A stretch of 32,000 nucleotides of DNA from Candidatus Jordarchaeales archaeon (GTDB taxonomy: Archaea; Asgardarchaeota; Jordiarchaeia; Jordiarchaeales; Freyrarchaeaceae). The notes under the pieces were generated by a model. The model was not told the origin of the DNA, did no database searches, and was given only the letters and a program-made list of their open reading frames with translations. The stretch is taken from the NCBI GenBank assembly GCA_038858525.1, contig JAWCFL010000011.1, positions 25,284 through 57,283 on the forward strand. The letters run 5' to 3'. This document shows, in pieces, positions 25,832 through 32,000 of the stretch (within the stretch, counting starts at the first letter, position 1; each line of letters starts with the position of its first letter). The position numbers and the translations under genes were made by a program.

Positions 25832-26695
25832 ATGAAGTCGATAGATGAAATGGCTCGTGAAATACAGTCTCGCTTCAAAATCGTTGGTAGGCTAGAGGAG
25901 CTAAAGAAGGCACTAGCCGCTAAACTAGCGTCCCGCCACCTTCTAATAGAAGGGGAAGTGGGTGTTGGAAAGACGACACTGGCGGACGCAATAGCGAGAT
26001 ACTTTAACCAGCCAATGTTCCGAGTTGACGGCGATGAACGTTACACGGAGGCTAAATTAACAGGGTGGTTTGATCCTCCAGCAGTAATGAAGTACGGCTA
26101 CACGAAGGACGCTTTTGTTCCGGGGCCCCTTACTCTCGCCATGCTTGAAGGCGGCATTCTATTCGTAAACGAAATAAACCGTTTAAGTGAGTCTACGCAG
26201 AATGTTTTCCTTCCTGTTATGGATGAAGGCAAATTGGGGATCCCGAAGATAGGCGAGATCACAGCGAAGGACGGATTCTTCATCATAGCCACGCAGAACC
26301 CTCTTGAGCATGTTGGTGTAACCGCTTTAGGTGAAGCATTAAGAGACCGTTTCTGCTGGATACGAATCGACTACCAGAGTGAAGAAGAAGAAAGAGAAAT
26401 AGTGGCACTCAAATCCGGCTGCTCCAACCCTGATATAATACGGTTGGCAGTAAAAATAGTGAGAGCAACCCGCACACATGAGGATCTGCGGAGGGGGGCG
26501 TCAGTTAGAGGCGCTATCGACATTGCGCGTCTCCTATCTCACTACAACGGCACCCAGGTGACTTCGAAGGACTTGTGGGTTCAAGTTGCAGTAATGGCTC
26601 TTGGCACACGTGTCGAACTCGAGGACGGTGTCGGCAAGACGGTTGAAGAAGTCATAAGGGAAATTGTAGACGAATGCTTTGAGGATTTTCGGTAA
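25832..26695 (+). CDS. MoxR-family AAA+ ATPase
   Basis: LLIEGEVGVGKTTLADAIARYF Walker A, GGILFVNEINRLSESTQNVFLPVMDEG Walker B, IIATQNPLEHVGVTALGEALRDRF. Confidence 0.92.
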   Translation: MKSIDEMAREIQSRFKIVGRLEELKKALAAKLASRHLLIEGEVGVGKTTLADAIARYFNQPMFRVDGDERYTEAKLTGWFDPPAVMKYGYTKDAFVPGPLTLAMLEGGILFVNEINRLSESTQNVFLPVMDEGKLGIPKIGEITAKDGFFIIATQNPLEHVGVTALGEALRDRFCWIRIDYQSEEEEREIVALKSGCSNPDIIRLAVKIVRATRTHEDLRRGASVRGAIDIARLLSHYNGTQVTSKDLWVQVAVMALGTRVELEDGVGKTVEEVIREIVDECFEDFR

Positions 26696-26853
26696 GAGAG
26701 GAGGCCCAGCCCTCCGATGAGACTAAACGCATAAATCCCTTCTCGGCTTTCGACCTCCTCCTAGAGGAAATCTCCCTGGGCTCAGCACCTCCTTACGTTT
26801 ACACAGACCTCGCAAGAAACCTTGACTATGCCTCCATAAAAAGAGCCGCCGAA

Positions 26854-27765
26854 ATGGCGTTAAAATGTGGAAACCTTTCAGCCATCAAGGGCCTCTCAAA
26901 AGTGAACCCTGTCGCCGTCTCTGACGTCTTCTCATGTCCTGACGCAGCTCTCCTGGTTGCTAGGCGCCTATCCCGCGGCGACGTCCAAAGCCCTGTAGAA
27001 CTTTACGTTCTGTTGCGTGGCAATCTTCGCTACAAGTATAGGCAAATTTTCAGAAGACTGGCGAAGATGGCGGTTCTCAAAACGTCCCTCAGGATCAGCG
27101 GGCGCGGACTTAAAGGGCCATTAAGAAGAAGGGTGCCTTATTACCCTGGATTAATGGAGTTCGATGATGAGTCGATGATTGAATCCTTTTTGGAGAAAGG
27201 ATACCTCTCATACGAGGATGTAGTTGGACTGGAGTCCCGCTCGCAAGCTAAATCTAGCGTGCTTCTCTTCGACTCCAGTGGAAGCATGACCGAAGAGAAA
27301 CTTTTCAACGCGGCTCTTTCGACAGCAGTCTTAGCTTATCATATGCGAAACGAGGATTACGCGGTTATAGGGTTTGGAACCCGTGCCTTCACCCTTAAAA
27401 AAATCGGTGAGAGAAAGGACATAGGTAAAGTGGTTGAGGAAATACTAGACATAATTTCTATAGGTTACTCAAATATAAGCGACGCACTCTCGGTTGGGCT
27501 AAAAGAGCTTTCCAAAGTAAAGCATAAAGGAAAACGCTGGGGAGTTCTAATAACGGACGGTGAGTGGAATGTGGGAGGAGACCCCACGCCGTTGGCAGCC
27601 AAGTTTCCAACCCTTCATGTTATAGCAACTCCAAGCAAGGGTAAAATAGCGGAACATGGCTTGAAAACATGTAAAGAGCTGGCCAGCGCGGGCAGAGGGC
27701 GCTTTATGGTTGTAAAAAACTTCTCAGAAATTCCCCGCCTACTCATAAAGCTACTTCTATCATGA
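26854..27765 (+). CDS. von Willebrand factor type A domain protein, MoxR partner
   Basis: LLFDSSGSMTEEK MIDAS motif, VLITDGEWN. Coding-like sequence extends upstream of this ATG (see findings). Confidence 0.85.
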   Translation: MALKCGNLSAIKGLSKVNPVAVSDVFSCPDAALLVARRLSRGDVQSPVELYVLLRGNLRYKYRQIFRRLAKMAVLKTSLRISGRGLKGPLRRRVPYYPGLMEFDDESMIESFLEKGYLSYEDVVGLESRSQAKSSVLLFDSSGSMTEEKLFNAALSTAVLAYHMRNEDYAVIGFGTRAFTLKKIGERKDIGKVVEEILDIISIGYSNISDALSVGLKELSKVKHKGKRWGVLITDGEWNVGGDPTPLAAKFPTLHVIATPSKGKIAEHGLKTCKELASAGRGRFMVVKNFSEIPRLLIKLLLS

Positions 27766-27783
27766 ACGCTGGCTGCCTCCCTT

Positions 27784-28677
27784 TTATTTCTCTGATGCAA
27801 ACCTCCAAAACTCCTCTACCGCTGCGGACATCTTCCTTCTTTTGTCTCTAACAAGATACAGCACACGCTCGACGTCCCACCCTTCCACCTCAATGATCTT
27901 GACCAGTCCAGCGGCCTCTGCCTTCCTGGCAGCAGTCTCAGACAAAACGGTTATCCCAAGCCCCACAGACACCGCGTTTATCACCGCTTCCGTGCTGCCA
28001 GCTTCCAGTGATATCTTCACCTTGTCAAGAGGAACTCCCAGCTGCATGAAAGCTCTTTCTGCCTCAATTCTGGTTCCCGATGTTTTTCCCCTAAACACAA
28101 ATGGGTAACGTAAGCAATCCTCCAATGTAACTTTCTTTTTCATCGCAAGCTCATGGTTAACTGGACATATGAAAACAAGTCTTTCTCTTCCGATAGGCGT
28201 TACCTCTATCTCCTTAGCACTCGCCTCCATAAGGCTTCCCACAGCTGCTAGGTCAGCCTCTCCCCTAAGTAGCTTCTTTAAGGCTCCACCAGTATCTAAC
28301 ACCTCGATCTCAAAACTGATCTTCGGATTCTTTTCTTTGAATCGAGCCACTAATTCAGGAAGAATGTGCTCCCCTGGAATAGTGCTCGCTACAAGTATTA
28401 TTTTTTCCTCCCCCTCTCCCTCCATCTTTCTTAGCTCCTCCTTAATCTTCTCTACTAGTTCTAGAATCTCCTTAGCTCTCTTCAGCAGTGCTTCACCTTC
28501 CTTGGTTAACCTTACTGTTCTCCTACTCCTATCAAAAAGAGTTACACCAAAAAATTTCTCGAGCGCAGCTATGTGATTGCTTACTGTGGCTTGGGTCACT
28601 CCCAGCTCTCTAGCAGCCCTAAGGAACCCGCCCTTCTCCACAACCTCAACAAACGTTCTAAAGTACTCTATCCTCAT
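27784..28677 (-). CDS. LysR-family transcriptional regulator
   Basis: MRIEYFRTFVEVVEKGGFLRAARELGVTQATVSNHIAALEKFFGVTLFDRSRR HTH and periplasmic-binding-like effector domain. Confidence 0.93.
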   Translation of the reverse strand: MRIEYFRTFVEVVEKGGFLRAARELGVTQATVSNHIAALEKFFGVTLFDRSRRTVRLTKEGEALLKRAKEILELVEKIKEELRKMEGEGEEKIILVASTIPGEHILPELVARFKEKNPKISFEIEVLDTGGALKKLLRGEADLAAVGSLMEASAKEIEVTPIGRERLVFICPVNHELAMKKKVTLEDCLRYPFVFRGKTSGTRIEAERAFMQLGVPLDKVKISLEAGSTEAVINAVSVGLGITVLSETAARKAEAAGLVKIIEVEGWDVERVLYLVRDKRRKMSAAVEEFWRFASEK

Positions 28678-28846
28678 CCGTCACCCCTCTCTTTTTCCAG
28701 TATTTCCCAATGTACCATAAAAAATTTTTGATAAATGACACATATAAGATAACGTTTTGATCAATAAAACAAATTATCTTTTAGAATTTATAAAGATAAG
28801 TCCCCCGACACTCTATTAAAAACAAACTGAGAACGAAACTATAAAA

Positions 28847-29000
28847 TGGTGCGGGGGGTGGGATTTGTTCCCGCAGCAACGGATTGAACCCACGAACGCC
28901 TACGCCCACCTGGACTGCGCGACAGGATTCTGAGTCCTGCCCCTATAGCCGCTTAAACTTTGACTTAGCCTGCAGGCGCATCTGGCTTGGGTACCCCCGC
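28847..29000 (-). tRNA. tRNA-Leu(CAG) with four predicted short non-canonical introns and encoded CCA
   Basis: GCGGGGG acceptor pairs CCCCCGC + ACCA; anticodon arm CAGGA-CUCAGAA-UCCUG; T arm GUGGG-UUCAA[intron]AU-CCCAC; D arm and variable arm restored after intron removal. Confidence 0.88.
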
Positions 29001-29050
29001 ATCTACCGCCAATCACCTTCATTATGGCTTCCTCAAAAATTTTTTGATTT

Positions 29051-30451
29051 TTAACTCTTAATGTTTGCAACAGTTTTCTCCGCGATGAGCTCCGCGACTC
29101 GTTCAGCTTTCCGTTTAAGCTTTTCTGTTATGTACCCTTTAATGAATGCTTCTTCGAGAGCGTTTTTGTCTATTATTTTTACGGTTCCGTTAGGGAATTG
29201 TATGACGTCAATCTCCAAGTCTATATATCTGATCCTATTGGGATATAGCTCTATGGGTGTGTTTATGTTGTAGAATGTTCCTTTAAGTTCTCCTTTTTTA
29301 GAGTAGTATTCCGTTTTGAATGTCCATTCCCCAACTTTTACTTGAGTTATGCCGTAGTCTCCGGCTTCCTTTGGTATGTTTAAGCCGTCGTAGTATCCCC
29401 CCGCCGTAAAACTTCTCTTTATGATCATCTCTTGATGGTCTCTCTTTTGAAGGAGCTTTCCATGAAGGAGTATTACTTTTCCATTGAGTTTCACGTGTTC
29501 AAAGCGTACTTCATCGTTTTTGAAGGCGTTATCAATGACCATTTTTTGGAGTAATTGGCTTGCTTCTTCGCGTAGTTCTGGATGTCTTGAAATGAGTTCC
29601 TCTGCGAAGTCTACTATCTGTGCCACATCACTTCCTAACGCCTTATAGTAATGGTGCCCATTTATTGTCGGAGCGACTCTCTCCCTTATGTTGTCTAGCT
29701 GTCTTTTGATACTCGCTGGAAACTCAGCGATCACAGTTTCATCACCCTCCCTTACTAGTGTTGGCTCATCTAAATCCGCTGAGATGTCTAAAATCCTCCT
29801 CATTTCCTCTTCTAGCTCCTCTATTTCTTTTGCGATTAGTGAGAGGTCTGCTTTTCCCGCCGCCGTCCTAAATATTACCCCCATGCCTGCCGGCTTCATC
29901 TTATTGCCAAGATGGTAGAGGATGTCACGTACCTCTCTATTTCTGATTTTGTTACTTATGCCAATATGCCCACCGAAAGTTAAGACCACATATTTCCCTG
30001 CGATTGCTATTTCTCCGGTTGCTTGCGGTCTAGGGTCAACTTCATACACTCTCAGGAGCTGTACTTCCCCTTCTTCTCTAGCTTTTTCATTTACGGGAAC
30101 TTTTAGACACCCGATATCCGCTATTGCTTTTTCATCGTACTTTTTGATTATGCGTCCTACATAAATGGCGTTTAAGTTAGCTTCTGCTTTACGGATAATC
30201 ACATCTTCCAGCCCTTCTCTAATAACACTGACTACTTTTCCCAACGGTTCCCTTTCACCAGTTATAATTACTCCCTGCCTGTTCTTCGTGTCATAAACCT
30301 CTACATTTGGAGGGTTCATTGTTCTTTCAATTTTTAGTCTTTCAGCCAGTATAGCTGAACTTTGAGTTATTGAGAAGCCATGTTCTAGGAAAAGTTTGGA
30401 AAGTGCTGTAGCGTATATCCCTCTGACTCTAATTTGTATCTCTTCTCCCAA
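29051..30451 (-). CDS. Probable ribonuclease FAU-1 family (RNase E/G-like, DUF402 C-terminus)
   Basis: IQIRVRGIYATALSKLFLEHGFSITQSSAILAERL, NAIYVGRIIKKYDEKAIADIG, C-terminal HHYYKALG...YYDGLNIPKEAGDYG..YIDLEIDVI. Confidence 0.85.
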   Translation of the reverse strand: MGEEIQIRVRGIYATALSKLFLEHGFSITQSSAILAERLKIERTMNPPNVEVYDTKNRQGVIITGEREPLGKVVSVIREGLEDVIIRKAEANLNAIYVGRIIKKYDEKAIADIGCLKVPVNEKAREEGEVQLLRVYEVDPRPQATGEIAIAGKYVVLTFGGHIGISNKIRNREVRDILYHLGNKMKPAGMGVIFRTAAGKADLSLIAKEIEELEEEMRRILDISADLDEPTLVREGDETVIAEFPASIKRQLDNIRERVAPTINGHHYYKALGSDVAQIVDFAEELISRHPELREEASQLLQKMVIDNAFKNDEVRFEHVKLNGKVILLHGKLLQKRDHQEMIIKRSFTAGGYYDGLNIPKEAGDYGITQVKVGEWTFKTEYYSKKGELKGTFYNINTPIELYPNRIRYIDLEIDVIQFPNGTVKIIDKNALEEAFIKGYITEKLKRKAERVAELIAEKTVANIKS

Positions 30452-30547
30452 TCAGGATACACCTCTACTCTTCAATCCGCCTCTTGATAACGAGAGAAAA
30501 TAAATGAAGTGTTCTGCTTGACCTCTCGTTTTCACGTAATTTTATAC

Positions 30548-30811
30548 TTACTCGTCCCTTACAGTTTCTAAGATTGATACGGCGCTCCATATTTTCGTTC
30601 TGCTGTGTAAGGGGCAGTTTGGGTCTTGTGAGACCTCTTCAAGTATTGATATGGCGTTTGAAGCTTTAACGGCAGGAGTATACTTTCCCTCTTTAAGAGC
30701 CTCTATTGCCTCACTTGCCGCTCTCCTAATATTTCTCGGAGTAGTCGTATCCTCTGATATCTGCTTTAAAATTGCTATCGCCTGATTCATTTTCTCGATA
30801 GAATCACTCAA
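30548..30811 (-). CDS. UPF0147 family protein
   Basis: MNQAIAILKQISEDTTTPRNIRRAASEAIEALKEGKYTPAVKASNAISILEEVSQDPNCPLHSRTKIWSAVSILE. Confidence 0.92.
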   Translation of the reverse strand: MSDSIEKMNQAIAILKQISEDTTTPRNIRRAASEAIEALKEGKYTPAVKASNAISILEEVSQDPNCPLHSRTKIWSAVSILETVRDE

Positions 30812-31048
30812 CGTATAACCCTCCCTGCACTTAATTGCAGGCTATGCATTCCTTCCTTTAAAACGGAACTCTTCTACGTGTTTTCTTATTCCTCACCTAT
30901 CTCAATTAAAGTGTGGACTATTTTTGTCTTACGCTACAATCTGCCTTAAACTAGTCTTCTTCCCTAAAAAGCACTTACCTTTGAAAAACGTTTATTTTTT
31001 ATTAAGAGCTCCGTAGTATCTGGGAGTATCTAACAAATTATTGTCTCG

Positions 31049-31399
31049 GTGGTTTTCTTGGAGTCTGAAGATTTGCAGAAAATGGTTGACATGTTACGAC
31101 GTGGCGCGACGTTGCTTTCTAAGTCGTGTCCCGTATGTAACTCCCCCCTATTTAAGGTGGACGGGAAAATATGGTGTCCAACATGTGAAAAGCAAGTTGT
31201 TGTGATAAGAGAGGGAGAGCCGCCTCCCCCAGAGTTAAGTAGCTTGCTACTCGCCAGCTTGGCAAATGCAATCTATGAGAAGCTCAGAGGAGTAGAAGCA
31301 CGCATCAGGGAAGCTAGAGACGCTGATGAGCTACAAGAGTCATTAAGACTTGCTGTTGGACTACTAGAAGTTTTAGAGCGAATAAAACGCTTAACTTAA
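31049..31399 (+). CDS. Sjogren's syndrome/scleroderma autoantigen 1-like (UPF0148) zinc-ribbon protein
   Basis: MVDMLRRGATLLSKSCPVCNSPLFKVDGKIWCPTCEKQVVVI. Confidence 0.85.
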   Translation: MVFLESEDLQKMVDMLRRGATLLSKSCPVCNSPLFKVDGKIWCPTCEKQVVVIREGEPPPPELSSLLLASLANAIYEKLRGVEARIREARDADELQESLRLAVGLLEVLERIKRLT

Positions 31400-32000
31400 T
31401 TCTTCTTCGTTGTACTCGGCTTGGATGATCTTCCTTATTCGTTCCGCCTTCTTTTTTCCTATACCTTGAACTTCCATGAGCTCCTTCTCATTAGCAGTGA
31501 ATACTTTTTCAACACTCTTAAACTTCTGAAGTAATCTTTTAGCTAAAATATGATCTACGCCTGGTAAGGCCGCTACCAAATGCTCCTGTAGCTCTTTTAT
31601 TGTGCCTGGCTTTTTGATTCCAATCCGTATTCCCTTTCTCCCCTCTTCTCTTTCTCTTCGAGCCACAGTCTTAATTACCTCAGCGGTTTCTTTAGCGTTT
31701 CTCGTCCAAAAAATTGGCGTTTTAAAGTCTAATGCTATACTTACTAACGCCCCTCTGATCGCTTCAGCCTTCACACCTCCTCTCTCATACAAGCCTTCCC
31801 CTTCTATTATCAAGAGGGGAGCTTCATAGGTCCTTGAGAGGTCGGCGATCTGCTTGAAAACACGCTGGTCTATGATTGACTGCACGAAATCGGTAGCCGT
31901 CTTACGCTCTATGCACACTTTCTCCGAAACAACGTAGTCGCCAACATCTAGCTTCGTTAAAATAACCTCAACTCCAAGCCTAGCCAGCTCCTGAACAACA
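31391..32000 (-). CDS. ERCC4/XPF-family nuclease with helix-hairpin-helix C-terminus (5' end outside window)
   Basis: Frame remains open to window end: VVQELARLGVEVILTKLDVGDYVVSEKVCIERKTATDFVQSIIDQRVFKQ; GDY...ERKxxxD nuclease motif; HhH LPGVDHILAKRLLQKFKSVEKVFTANEKELMEVQGIGKKKAERI. Confidence 0.88.
   Translation of the reverse strand, partial: VVQELARLGVEVILTKLDVGDYVVSEKVCIERKTATDFVQSIIDQRVFKQIADLSRTYEAPLLIIEGEGLYERGGVKAEAIRGALVSIALDFKTPIFWTRNAKETAEVIKTVARREREEGRKGIRIGIKKPGTIKELQEHLVAALPGVDHILAKRLLQKFKSVEKVFTANEKELMEVQGIGKKKAERIRKIIQAEYNEEELS

Noticed and set aside
29051-30451. Initial thought of topoisomerase VI subunit B
   Set aside because: No GHKL ATPase motifs; N-terminal S1/RNase E-G-like and DUF402-like features fit FAU-1 instead.

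Overview
This 32 kb window is archaeal chromosomal DNA. Three things support that: SepRS, archaeal RibK/RibL, DphB, DP1, Orc1/Cdc6, FAU-1 and Taw1; SpoVT/AbrB-PhoU architecture; and BHB-like tRNA introns. Ordinary content is a formylmethanofuran dehydrogenase end (FwdB), gamma-carbonic anhydrase, FolD-PurH, a family III CoA-transferase, Taw1, translin family, SepS, RibK-RibL, DphB, MtnA-like, XRE-CBS, HypF, MoxR-VWA, LysR, FAU-1, UPF0147, UPF0148-like and an XPF/ERCC4-like nuclease. The most interesting part is about 17.7-21.6 kb. It looks like a replication origin: six ORB-like elements, an AT-rich region, a dense GTTAAC palindrome array, and flanking wHTH and orc1/cdc6 genes followed by DP1. 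To its left is a poorly characterised minus-strand cluster (ExeA/Orc-like AAA ATPase with an insertion, possible ribbon-helix-helix protein, helical orphans) with CGATATC-type palindromes between the genes. A second strong signal is a tRNA-Leu(CAG) gene at 28847-29000 (-). It can only be folded by removing four tiny introns (about 14-19 nt), none at the canonical 37/38 site.
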